Source of the DNA: an uncultured bacterium
Lineage (GTDB): Bacteria; Acidobacteriota; Thermoanaerobaculia; Multivoradales; JAHZIX01
Assembly: GCA_965368975.1 (NCBI GenBank)
Contig: CBDUPA010000004.1
Location: 96,001 to 160,000, forward strand
Direction: 5' to 3'
DNA length: 64,000 bases
Positions 27,703 to 36,827 of this stretch are shown in pieces. Position 1 is the first letter of the stretch. The number at the start of each line of letters is the position of its first letter. The translations under genes were made by a program, and so were the position numbers. Under the pieces are notes generated by a model. The model had not been told where the DNA came from, did not search any database, and saw only the letters and a program-made list of their open reading frames with translations.

Positions 27703-28894
27703 TCCCAACCCGTGGGCTCACCGCGGTGTGCGGATCCTACTGGCGGCGGTGCTGTGTCTCCCCGCCGTGCTGATGCCGCGTCCGGCCGAGGCCGAGGTGA
27801 TCAACGAGATCGTGCTGCGCATCAACGATCGCTTCGCCACGCTCTATGACTATCTGGAGCTGCGCGGTGAGATGCGTATGGACCTCCTGCGCAGCGACAT
27901 CGCGCCCGAGGAGCAGGCGCGGCGCCTGGGACAAGTGCCGCAGATGGTGATGCGCAGCATGTTCCAGGACATGTTGCTGCTCTCTCGCGCCGACCAACTC
28001 CAGGTCTTCGTGTCGCAGGAAGAGATCGACAACGAGATCCTGCGCATGCGCGCCGACTTCGGCATCTCCAGCGAGGACGAGTTCCTGCAGGCGCTGGCGC
28101 AGAGTGGCATCACGCTGGCCAAGCTGCGCCAGCAGGTCGAGAACAATCTGATGATGCGGCAGGTGATCGGACGCGAGGTGCAGAGCCAGCTGGAAGTCGA
28201 GGACGACGAGTTGCGCCGCTTCTATCGCGACAATCCAGACCTCTTCGAGGTCGATGAGCAGCGCCGGGCCAAGGAGATCGTCGTGCTCGAGAGCAGCAAC
28301 TTGGATGCCGACGGGCGACGGGTGCTGGCCGAGGGCCTCTACCAGAGGCTGACCGACGGGGAGAGCCTGGCGGCAGTGGTCGATGAGTACGCGCCGGACG
28401 GCCGGGTGAGCAGTGTCATCCACCTGGATTGGGTCAACCCGGGGGATCTCGACTCGGCGCTCGAGGGCGCGCTCTGGGACCTGAGTCCAGGCCAATACAG
28501 CCGGCCCGTGAGTGCCCGTGGCGGCCTGCACATCCTGCAGTTGCTGGATGTCAAGGAAGCCACGATGCGGCCTTTCGACGAGGTCAAGGATTGGATCCGC
28601 GCCAACCTGCAGAATGAGCGCTACAGCGAGATCTTCGCTGACTACGTGCGCGACTTGGAACAGACGGCGTACATCGTTGACCAGGCGCCAGAAGAGGCCG
28701 CGGGCTACCGCACGGAAGCGCCGCAGGGGCCGGTGACACGGGATCCGTTCCAGATCCGCGGAGAGGACGCGAGCGGTCGCTTGACGCCGCCTGCCGCAAT
28801 CGAGCCCGCCCCGATCGAGCCAGCTCCAGGCGAGCCCGCTCCAGCGCAGGAATCCGCTGCCGACACCGAAGATGCCGGCAGCGGAGGCCGCTGA
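27656..28894 (+). CDS. surA: SurA-like chaperone/PPIase
   Basis: Signal peptide, then EVINEIVLRIND SurA N-domain and a rotamase domain (PGQYSRPV...GLHILQL). Start is approximate. Confidence 0.8.
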   Translation: MNRLPAPRQPLRANPSPNPWAHRGVRILLAAVLCLPAVLMPRPAEAEVINEIVLRINDRFATLYDYLELRGEMRMDLLRSDIAPEEQARRLGQVPQMVMRSMFQDMLLLSRADQLQVFVSQEEIDNEILRMRADFGISSEDEFLQALAQSGITLAKLRQQVENNLMMRQVIGREVQSQLEVEDDELRRFYRDNPDLFEVDEQRRAKEIVVLESSNLDADGRRVLAEGLYQRLTDGESLAAVVDEYAPDGRVSSVIHLDWVNPGDLDSALEGALWDLSPGQYSRPVSARGGLHILQLLDVKEATMRPFDEVKDWIRANLQNERYSEIFADYVRDLEQTAYIVDQAPEEAAGYRTEAPQGPVTRDPFQIRGEDASGRLTPPAAIEPAPIEPAPGEPAPAQESAADTEDAGSGGR

Positions 28895-28904
28895 AGGACG
28901 ACGC

Positions 28905-29474
28905 TCAGGAGCTGAAGGCGGCGGCCAGGCGGTCGAGGGTCTCCTGTTCGGACGGAGACACCTTGTTGCCAAGCCCCAGGATGCCGCCGGCAGCCTCGGC
29001 GACGCGGCGCGCGCGAGCCATGATGCGGTCGCGCAGGTCGTGCGCCGCGGCAGGGTCGAGGCTGGCGCACAGGCCGACGACGTAGTAGTGCCAGGCCTCT
29101 AGCATTGCCGGCTGCGGGGGGTGCTTGAGCCAGGTCTGGAGCAGTTCGTGGCTCGGGCTGTCTGCTTCGACCCCGGACTCGCTGGCGGCTTCCAGGATGG
29201 CGTCTCGCTCTCGCTCCTGGACGGTGCCGTCCGCCCAGGCGACTTCCAGCAGGGGAATGAGAGTCAGGGCGAGGATGTGCTCGGCATCCATCCCGAGGTC
29301 GAGGATGTGGTCCAGAGCCTCGTCTTGCTCGATGCCGGTGATCTGGGTCAGCAGCTTCTTTTGCTCCTGACGCTCGGATTGCTCGCGCAGCTTCTGGAGC
29401 AGGATCTCGTCCTGGTGGGCGAAGAACATATCTTCCAGCGCTTTGCCGCGCTGACGGAGGTTGTCGGTGCTCAT
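28905..29474 (-). CDS. TerB-like protein with N-terminal charged helix
   Basis: PLLEVAWADGTVQERERDAIL; VAEAAGGILGLGNKVSPSEQETLDRL. SD GGAG before ATG 29474. Confidence 0.65.
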   Translation of the reverse strand: MSTDNLRQRGKALEDMFFAHQDEILLQKLREQSERQEQKKLLTQITGIEQDEALDHILDLGMDAEHILALTLIPLLEVAWADGTVQERERDAILEAASESGVEADSPSHELLQTWLKHPPQPAMLEAWHYYVVGLCASLDPAAAHDLRDRIMARARRVAEAAGGILGLGNKVSPSEQETLDRLAAAFSS

Positions 29475-29592
29475 GGATCTCTCCTGGGAGTTGGCGTCTG
29501 AGAATGACTTCGGGACGGTGTGCAAACCACTTGCGTGGTCGGTCTCGTGCACTGGCCCCGAGAGAATGCTATCGCAGCCGGTTGCACGAACT

Positions 29593-29725
29593 GAACTCCT
29601 TCTGGGGCGAAGCAGTGGTATACCAGTGCTGAGAGGGGCGTTCCGCGCTGCTCGTCCGTGGCCTTTGGGGAGTCCACCCCGGAGTTTGTAACCTCGGCGA
29701 CCTTCGAGGGTCCATCGCAGGGAGG
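29593..29725 (+). ncRNA. Candidate structured cis-regulatory leader RNA (riboswitch-like) upstream of the czcCBA-type operon
   Basis: Nested stems found by eye: 29593-29607/29677-29687, hairpin 29611-29630, 29636-29657, 29658-29677, and 29692-29722 touching the GGAGG SD. Ordered TPP-like words GGGG..GCTGAGA..ACCC..AACCT..CGCAGGGA. Confidence 0.35.
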
Positions 29726-29731
29726 CTTGAT

Positions 29732-31123
29732 ATGCAGGGAAGCAAGCAAAAGCACCGAGAGCAGCGAAACGTCCGCAGGCGGTCCCCTTTGTCGGGAGCC
29801 CGCTTCCTGGGGATGGTACTGGTGTCGATGGTGTTCGCGATAGGTGCTCGAGGTTCTGAGGCGGGTACGCTCGAGCCTGCGGCAACAACCGACGAGCCCG
29901 CGGTAGAGCGGCTCAGCCGTACGTTGGCCGCGGTGGCCGAGAATGCGCCGGAGGTCGCGGCTGTTTATGACGAGGCTTCGGCGCAAGCCGCGATGGTCCG
30001 CGCCGAGGTCCACACGTTCGATCCATTCCTGGAGCTGCAGCGCGAAGGGATGGGCACGAACCTCGACGATCGACCCAACGCTGCCTTCTACGTGCGCCTG
30101 GGTACGACCTTGCCCCTGCCGGGGGAGAAGCACCAGCGTCGGCGCCTGGAAACTAGCCTCACCGAGTGGCTGCAAGCGCGCGGCATCGCGGAGAGCACGC
30201 GGGTCGTGGTCGCGGCGGGCGATATCTGGCTGCAACTGGCGGCGCTCGAGCAGCGCCAGGCTCTGCACAGTGAACGGCTGCGACGCCTTGAGCGGGCCCT
30301 GGAACTACAGCGCAAGCGCTTGGAGTTGGGGGAAGTTGCGGGGATCGAGGTCGTTCAACTCCAAGCCGAGCACGGTGCCGAGACGATCCGCTTGCGGGCG
30401 CTGCAAACCGCGGTGGCTTCTGCACGTGCTCAGCTGCGCGAACTGGCCGGTGACGGCATGGCGGTCATCGGCGCCAGTGACCTGGGGGCGCTGGTTTCGC
30501 AGCTACCACCCTTGCCGTCCTCTGCCGAGCTCGATCATCGACTGGTCGAGAGTCCGTTGCTGCGAGCTTCGCGCGCCGACGCCGAGAAAGAGCGCGACCT
30601 GGCGGATCTGCGCCGGACGCTGGCCTGGGGCCGACCGGAAGTGGATGTCGAGTGGGAGCGGATTCCGTCGATCGACGGTGGTACCTCGTTCACCGCTGTC
30701 GGTTTTCGCTTACACGTGCCGCTGCCCTTCGGTTCCGTGGGCCGCGAACGGCAGGCGCGGGCCGAATTCGAAGCTTCGGCGGCGACGTCCCGCCTGCATC
30801 AGGCTGAGCGTCTGCTGGTGCGTCGCTGGCGTGTGGCGCTCGAAGTGCTCGGCAGCGCCGCGTCGGCGCTGGACGTCATCGCGCCCCTGCTTGCGGACCT
30901 GCCAGCCGCCGAGCATTCTCTGGCCGAGCAGTTCCGGCTCGGTGCTATTTCCTACCTGGTGCTGCTCGATGGCATGCGCCGCCTGGACGAAGTCCGGCTG
31001 GCGGTCGTCGAAGCACGCCTTGATCTACTACGAGCTCGCCTGGAGGTCGCCGCGCTACTCGGGGACAGTACGTTGTTTCCCTTGCCGGTGCCGACCGCCG
31101 CGGTGTTGTCACCGGAGTTCTAG
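29732..31123 (+). CDS. TolC/CzcC-family outer membrane efflux protein
   Basis: Signal peptide; OEP repeats (RLELGEVAGIEVVQLQ; QFRLGAISYLVLLD); upstream of an MFP and an RND pump. Confidence 0.8.
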   Translation: MQGSKQKHREQRNVRRRSPLSGARFLGMVLVSMVFAIGARGSEAGTLEPAATTDEPAVERLSRTLAAVAENAPEVAAVYDEASAQAAMVRAEVHTFDPFLELQREGMGTNLDDRPNAAFYVRLGTTLPLPGEKHQRRRLETSLTEWLQARGIAESTRVVVAAGDIWLQLAALEQRQALHSERLRRLERALELQRKRLELGEVAGIEVVQLQAEHGAETIRLRALQTAVASARAQLRELAGDGMAVIGASDLGALVSQLPPLPSSAELDHRLVESPLLRASRADAEKERDLADLRRTLAWGRPEVDVEWERIPSIDGGTSFTAVGFRLHVPLPFGSVGRERQARAEFEASAATSRLHQAERLLVRRWRVALEVLGSAASALDVIAPLLADLPAAEHSLAEQFRLGAISYLVLLDGMRRLDEVRLAVVEARLDLLRARLEVAALLGDSTLFPLPVPTAAVLSPEF

Positions 31124-31150
31124 CGAGCCTCGACGACAGGGAGATGTGTC

Positions 31151-32290
31151 ATGCGAGCAGTTTCACCTCAGTTCAACCTCTTCCTGCTCTTGTTTTTCTG
31201 CTGGCTTTCTGCGCTGCCGGTGGCGGCCGACCCGCCCGTACGCGAGGTGACCGTCAATCAGGCAGCACAGCAGCGGATGGGGCTGCGCACCGAATCGGTG
31301 CAGATCGGCAGCGTCGGCGACAGCGTCCGCATCGTCGGGCAGGTCACGCGCAGCCCTGGAGCTACGACCGAAGTACGCAGTGCGCTGGCGGGCCAGGTGA
31401 CCCGCGTGCTGGTCGCTCCCGGAGATGAGGTACACCGGGGGCAGATGCTGCTCGAGCTGCATTCGCACGAGTTACACGACCTTGAGGCCGATCTGCTGCG
31501 TGCCGCGGAGACGCTGCGGCGGGCTGAGCGCCGGTTGCAAGCCGGCCGGGAGCTGCTCGAGGTCCAGGGGATCAGCCGTCTAGAGGTCGAGGGCCGTGAG
31601 GAAGAGGTCAATCACGCGCGAGTCAGCTTGATGTTGGCGCAAGCGGAGCTGCACAGCCTGGGCCTGAGCGACGGCGAGATCGACTCGATCGTCAGGAATC
31701 AGGACCTGCGCATCCGCTACCGGGTGACGGCGCCCGCGGCGGGCACGGTGCTGGAGCTAGGTGTGCAGCCGCACACTTGGGTACAGAACTTCGAACCGCT
31801 GTTGACACTGGGTGATCCGAAACGCCTGGAATTGATGCTGCAGGTGTCGCCGGAGCAAGCAGCACGCGTGGCGCCCGGGGCGGAAGTGACCTTCCGGCCG
31901 GTCGGGCAGACCGGTGATCGTTACCTGGCGCACGTGCTGAGCCGCGTGCCGCAGGTGGATGCGGCAACCCGTACTGTCCGTGTGCGCGCGGCGATCGAGG
32001 GGAACAGCTCTGCCACGATGCTGTTTCCGGGTGTCTTCGTCGAGGGGCGTCTGCAACTGCAGGTGGCACAGCCAGCCGTGGTGGTGCCCGAGAGCGCGGT
32101 GGTGCGGATGGACGCCGCGGACTTCGTCTTCGTGCGCCTGGGGCCGACCCGCTTCGAGGCCAGGCCTCTGCGTTTGGGTACTTCCGAACCCGGCCGCTAC
32201 GCGGTGCTCGAAGGACTGCAAGCCGGTGAAGAGATCGTTGTCGAAGGGAGTTTCCTGCTCAAGTCGACGCTTCTGACGGAGGCACCGTGA
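31151..32290 (+). CDS. czcB: RND efflux periplasmic adaptor (CzcB/CusB-like)
   Basis: Lipoyl half-motifs (GQVTRVLVAPGDEVHRGQ; TAPAAGTV); VDAATRTVRVR; GLQAGEEIVVEGSFLLKS. Confidence 0.88.
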   Translation: MRAVSPQFNLFLLLFFCWLSALPVAADPPVREVTVNQAAQQRMGLRTESVQIGSVGDSVRIVGQVTRSPGATTEVRSALAGQVTRVLVAPGDEVHRGQMLLELHSHELHDLEADLLRAAETLRRAERRLQAGRELLEVQGISRLEVEGREEEVNHARVSLMLAQAELHSLGLSDGEIDSIVRNQDLRIRYRVTAPAAGTVLELGVQPHTWVQNFEPLLTLGDPKRLELMLQVSPEQAARVAPGAEVTFRPVGQTGDRYLAHVLSRVPQVDAATRTVRVRAAIEGNSSATMLFPGVFVEGRLQLQVAQPAVVVPESAVVRMDAADFVFVRLGPTRFEARPLRLGTSEPGRYAVLEGLQAGEEIVVEGSFLLKSTLLTEAP

Positions 32291-35200
32291 ACCGCTTGAT
32301 CGATCTGTCGCTGCGTCACCGGTTGGTGGTGCTCTTACTCGCGGGACTGCTAGTCGTCGCCGGTATCCAGGCGTTTCGAGGTCTGCCGATCGACGCCTTC
32401 CCGGACGTCACCAACATCCAGGTGACAGTGATCTCGCAGGCTGCGACGTTTTCACCACTGGAAGTCGAGCAGCTGGTCAGCTACCCGATCGAGCAAGCGG
32501 TCGCTGGTCTACCGCATTCGGTCGAGGTGCGCTCGCTGTCGAAGTTCGGCTTGTCGGTGGTCACCGTCGTCTTCGAAGATGGCACGGACATCTATTTTGC
32601 GCGCCAGCTGGTGCTCGAGCGTCTGATCGGTGCCCGCGATGCGCTACCCGAGGGCGTCGAATCGGGCCTCGGTCCCATCTCGACCGGACTTGGTGAGGTG
32701 TTCCAGTATACGCTGGAGAGTTCCGAGCGCGATCTGATGGAACTGCGCACGCTGCAGGACTGGGTGGTGCGGCCGATCCTGCGCACTGTCCCGGGTGTTG
32801 CCGGTGCCGATTCTTTTGGCGGCTACGTACGTCAGTTCCACGTCGTCGCGGATCTGCCGGCCCTGCGCCGCTATGACCTGAGTCTGGACGAATTGGTGCG
32901 GGCGGTGCAGGCCAACAACGCTGTTGCCGGTGGTGCTTACATCGAGCGCGGCGGCGAGCAGTTCGTGGTGCGTGGCGACGGTTGGGTGCGCAATCAGGAC
33001 GACCTGCGCAACATCGTGGTCGCGTACCGCGACGGCGTGCCGGTCTTGCTCGAGCAGGTAGCGCAGGTCGAGGTCGGTGCCGAGCTGCGCCAGGGAGCGA
33101 TCAGTCGGGACGGCAAGGGCGAGACGGTTGCCGGCATCGTGCTGATGCTGCGCGGCGCTTCCGGCCGCGAGGTCGTCGAGGGAGTCAAAGAGCAACTCGA
33201 CGTGGCGCGCCAGAGCCTGCCGTCCGACGTCGAGATCGTTCCCTTCTACGATCGCACCGACTTGGTGCGGACTGCTCTCGGTACCGTCGAAGGGGCGTTG
33301 CTGCAAGGAGCGCTGCTGGTCGTGCTGGTGCTGCTCTTCTTCATGGGGCACCTGCGCTCGGCCCTGCTGGTGGCGTTGCAGCTGCCGCTGGCGGCCCTGG
33401 CGGCCTTCGTCGTCATGCGACTCGTCGGCTTGTCGGCCAACCTGATGACGCTGTCTGGGCTGGCGATCGCCATCGGCATGCTCGGCGACGGTGGCATCGT
33501 ACTGGTCGAGAATGCCGTGCGCCTGTTCAGTGCTGAGAGCCAGGAGAGTCGTAGTCAGCTGGTGCGGCGTGCGGCGGCGGAGGTCGTACGGCCGATCTTC
33601 TTCGGCATTGCGGTGATCGTCGTCGTCTTCCTGCCGATCGCGTCACTGCAAGGCATGGAAGGCAAGATGTTCGCACCGCTTGCCTATACCATCACCATTG
33701 CCCTCGGCTGCGCGCTGCTGCTGACGGTGACGGTTGTGCCGGCGCTGGCGTCGTTGCTGCTCAAGCGCACGCCGATTTTTGACACCGGCCGCTGGCGTCA
33801 TCCGGCGGATCTGGTGCGAGGCCTCTACCGGCCGCAGCTGCGCTGGGCTCTCGATCACCCCAAGACGGTGCTCGGCGCTGCCCTTGCATCCGTCCTGGTG
33901 GCAGGGCTCGTGGCGCCGACGCTCGGCACGGAATTCATGCCGGTGATGGACGAAGGCTCGATCGTCGTGCAGCCCTTCCAGCTGCCTTCGGTATCGCTCG
34001 ACCAGAGCCTGCGCAACGTGCAACGTATCGAGGCCGCCCTGCTCGAAGTTCCGGAGGTGATCCGAGTCGTGTCCCGCACCGGCCGCTCGGACATCGCGTC
34101 GGACCCGATGGGCGTCGGCGAGAGCGATATCTACGTGATGCTCAAACCTCGCTCCGAGTGGCGTACCGCACGCACCAAGGAAGGCCTGGTCGCGGCACTG
34201 CGGGCCCGCTTGCAGGAACTGCCGGGCATCGAGTTCGGCTATACCCAGCCGATCCAGATGCGGGTCGATGAGCTGCTGAGCGGCGTCAAGAGTCAGGTGG
34301 CGGTGAAGATCTTCGGCGAAGACCTCGACCACTTGGTGCAACTTGGCGACCGGGTCGCGAGGTTGTTGGAGACGGTGCCTGGGGCTGCCGATGTCAAGGC
34401 CGAGGCCGTCGAGGGCTTGGGATACCTCCACATCCGCATGCAGCGCCAGCGCATGGCCCGCATGGGCGTCAACGTGGCGCAGCTGCGGGAACTGATCGAG
34501 ACCGCGATGGGAGGACAGGTCGTCACCACGGTGCCCGAGGGCGATCGCCGGACCGGGGTCGTCGTCCGCTTGGCGAGGGAGTTCACGCGTCAGGTCGAAA
34601 CTCTGCGTCAACTGCCCCTGGCGACGCCGACAGGGGAACTACTGACGCTGGGTGAAGTTGCCGACATCGAGCTCACCGAGGGGCCGGCACAGATTTCTCG
34701 AGAGAGCGGCCGCCGACGCCTTGTCGTGGAATTGAACGTCGTCGGTCGGGATCTCGGTGGCTTCGTGGCCGAGGCGCAACAACGACTCGGTCGCGAAGTC
34801 GAGCTGCCCACCGGCTATTTCCTCACCTGGGGTGGCCAGTTCGAACAGCAGCAGCGTGCGATGTCGAGGCTCGCCGTCATGGTGCCGTTGGCCCTGGTCC
34901 TCATCTTCATCTTGCTGTACCTCAATTTCCACCAAGCCAAGCCTGTGTTCCTGATCCTGGTCAACATTCCATTGGCCCTGGTCGGTGGCGTCCTCGGGCT
35001 CAAACTGTCGGGGCTCTATCTGTCGGTTTCGGCTTCGGTCGGTTTCATTGCCCTGTTCGGTATCGCCATCCTCAATGGGTTGGTGATGGTCGAGTTCTTC
35101 CGCAATCGTGAGCAAGCTGGGCTGAGCCGTCGACAGGCCATCCTGGAGGCCGCTGAACTGCGCTTGCGTCCGGTGCTGATGACCGCCGCGACCACCGCTC

Positions 35201-35385
35201 TGGGACTGCTGCCGATGGTGTGGGCTCGCGGCGTGGGGGCCGAGGTACAGAAGCCGCTAGCCGTGGTCGTCGTCTCGGGTGTCGTGACCTCGACGCTGCT
35301 CACTCTCCTCGTCCTGCCCGTGCTCTACGAGCGCTTCGCTGCGACGCGCCCGGTCGAGGAAGAGGTCCGTCTTGAAGATACCTGA
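32287..35385 (+). CDS. czcA: Heavy-metal efflux RND transporter (CzcA/CusA family)
   Basis: LPIDAFPDVTNIQV; GPISTGLGEVFQY; LRTLQDW; DGGIVLVEN; RLRPVLMTA. Confidence 0.95.
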   Translation: MNRLIDLSLRHRLVVLLLAGLLVVAGIQAFRGLPIDAFPDVTNIQVTVISQAATFSPLEVEQLVSYPIEQAVAGLPHSVEVRSLSKFGLSVVTVVFEDGTDIYFARQLVLERLIGARDALPEGVESGLGPISTGLGEVFQYTLESSERDLMELRTLQDWVVRPILRTVPGVAGADSFGGYVRQFHVVADLPALRRYDLSLDELVRAVQANNAVAGGAYIERGGEQFVVRGDGWVRNQDDLRNIVVAYRDGVPVLLEQVAQVEVGAELRQGAISRDGKGETVAGIVLMLRGASGREVVEGVKEQLDVARQSLPSDVEIVPFYDRTDLVRTALGTVEGALLQGALLVVLVLLFFMGHLRSALLVALQLPLAALAAFVVMRLVGLSANLMTLSGLAIAIGMLGDGGIVLVENAVRLFSAESQESRSQLVRRAAAEVVRPIFFGIAVIVVVFLPIASLQGMEGKMFAPLAYTITIALGCALLLTVTVVPALASLLLKRTPIFDTGRWRHPADLVRGLYRPQLRWALDHPKTVLGAALASVLVAGLVAPTLGTEFMPVMDEGSIVVQPFQLPSVSLDQSLRNVQRIEAALLEVPEVIRVVSRTGRSDIASDPMGVGESDIYVMLKPRSEWRTARTKEGLVAALRARLQELPGIEFGYTQPIQMRVDELLSGVKSQVAVKIFGEDLDHLVQLGDRVARLLETVPGAADVKAEAVEGLGYLHIRMQRQRMARMGVNVAQLRELIETAMGGQVVTTVPEGDRRTGVVVRLAREFTRQVETLRQLPLATPTGELLTLGEVADIELTEGPAQISRESGRRRLVVELNVVGRDLGGFVAEAQQRLGREVELPTGYFLTWGGQFEQQQRAMSRLAVMVPLALVLIFILLYLNFHQAKPVFLILVNIPLALVGGVLGLKLSGLYLSVSASVGFIALFGIAILNGLVMVEFFRNREQAGLSRRQAILEAAELRLRPVLMTAATTALGLLPMVWARGVGAEVQKPLAVVVVSGVVTSTLLTLLVLPVLYERFAATRPVEEEVRLEDT

Positions 35386-35450
35386 TCGGCGCTTTTATGA
35401 TCCTGATGAGGTGCAATAGTCCTCATTTTGGCACCTTTCAGGGATCCTAT

Positions 35451-35479
35451 TTGCCTTTTTGGGTTAAATTTAGTAGCCT
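35451..35479 (+). promoter_or_regulatory. sigma70-type promoter, probably leaderless XRE mRNA
   Basis: TTGCCT-17 bp-TAGCCT in an AT-rich island; ATG 6 nt after the -10. Confidence 0.55.
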
Positions 35480-35485
35480 CGATGC

Positions 35486-35926
35486 ATGCAGATGTTCGAC
35501 GGTTTGGGGCGTGCTTTGCGCTGGTTGCGCGAGAATCGACGACTGAGGCAGTTCGAGGTTGCAAAGCTGGCCGGCATTACGCGGCCTATGCTCAGTGCCT
35601 ACGAGACCTCCAAGCAGCGGCCGACTCTCGAGACGCTGGATCGCATCCTCAACGCACTGAATTGCGATCTCGGCGAACTCTTCGAGGCGCTCAGCCTGAT
35701 GTCGCCGCAGCCGACCGGGGCCTTCAGGCGAATGCCTCCGACTCCGGAGAGCGGCGTTGCCAGCCCTACGCTGCCGACATCCTCGGAGCTACGTTTCCTG
35801 CAACGAGCCCTGGAGGGGCGTGAGGCCGCCGATAGCGAGGAAGAGCAGGCATTCGCGGAGCTGCTGCGCGTCGTGTACAGGTGGTTACTATCCGTTCGGC
35901 GAGAAGCTTTACGCCCTGCGGAATAG
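35486..35926 (+). CDS. XRE-family HTH regulator (paralogue 1)
   Basis: LRWLRENRRLRQFEVAKLAGITRPMLSAYETSKQRPTLETLDRI. Confidence 0.9.
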   Translation: MQMFDGLGRALRWLRENRRLRQFEVAKLAGITRPMLSAYETSKQRPTLETLDRILNALNCDLGELFEALSLMSPQPTGAFRRMPPTPESGVASPTLPTSSELRFLQRALEGREAADSEEEQAFAELLRVVYRWLLSVRREALRPAE

Positions 35927-36121
35927 GAGACTAGGTTCTCGGTGGTAAATCCGCCTGCAGATGCGAGACTGGCTCAAGGGGGCCTGAGTGGCATTATTGA
36001 GTCATGGAATTTTTGTCGTTTCTTGGGGCTACTTCGTCTCCCATGTTTCCTCTTGTTGCCCATTAGCGCTTCTGATACGCTCCGTGAAACTTGGCGGGGG
36101 TATAGTAGGGAGGAAACGACT

Positions 36122-36586
36122 ATGCTCCAACTCGACCGTCTCGGCCAGGCTTTGCGCTGGCTGCGATTGCATAGCAAGTTACGACAACGGGAAGTGGCCG
36201 AGCGAGCTGGGATCACCAGCTCGATGCTCAGTTCCTACGAGAGTGGCAAGAAAGCTCCGACGCTCGCGACGCTCTCGAAGATCCTACAGGCCATGGAATG
36301 CTCGTTGCTCGATCTCGTGCATGCGCTGGAGCTGGTCGACGATGGCAAGGTCTCTCCGGGAAACCGCCGAGTGGTAGGTTCGCGTCTCAACGAGCCGCGC
36401 TTGCTGCCTGCCGGATCGACCGCTTCGCTCGACCTCGATTCCATCTTCGCGGGCTCGCGTCCGCTCGACCCCGAGGAGCGCCGCGCTTTCGGCGAGATGC
36501 TCAGCGGGTACTGCCGTTGGATGCGTTTCCTGCGCGAAAGCGGCGAGCGTCTCACCAATTCCATACGCCCGAGCAGCGCGAGCTGA
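36122..36586 (+). CDS. XRE-family HTH regulator (paralogue 2)
   Basis: SD GGAGG before ATG 36122; LRWLRLHSKLRQREVAERAGITSSMLSSYESGKKAPTLATL. Confidence 0.9.
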   Translation: MLQLDRLGQALRWLRLHSKLRQREVAERAGITSSMLSSYESGKKAPTLATLSKILQAMECSLLDLVHALELVDDGKVSPGNRRVVGSRLNEPRLLPAGSTASLDLDSIFAGSRPLDPEERRAFGEMLSGYCRWMRFLRESGERLTNSIRPSSAS

Positions 36587-36827
36587 CCTCACTCATTCCC
36601 CACTAGTCCTGACTCCGACCGTCTCGACTTCTCTTGGGGGCGCACAGCCCCGAACCCTTTCCTCCGACCTTACTTTGGCCCGCGGCGCCGGATCCGATAT
36701 CCTCTAGGCGCGCCGCGGGTCTTGTCGGCTGTGCGGCCTCTCTTCACTTTCCGTCCACTCCACCTTCCCTGAACTAGCCCTTGACGGCTCCCGTGCGGAG
36801 TCCGAGTTGTCCTTACCGAGGTTGACC

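Noticed and set aside
29593-29725. Canonical NiCo or canonical TPP riboswitch call
   Set aside because: NiCo consensus words are absent and the TPP P5/L5 core is missing. Kept only as an unassigned candidate RNA.
36632-36641. TCTTGGGGGC shared with the minus strand at 56143-56152 (possible REP element)
   Set aside because: Only 10 bp, with unrelated flanks; compatible with chance.
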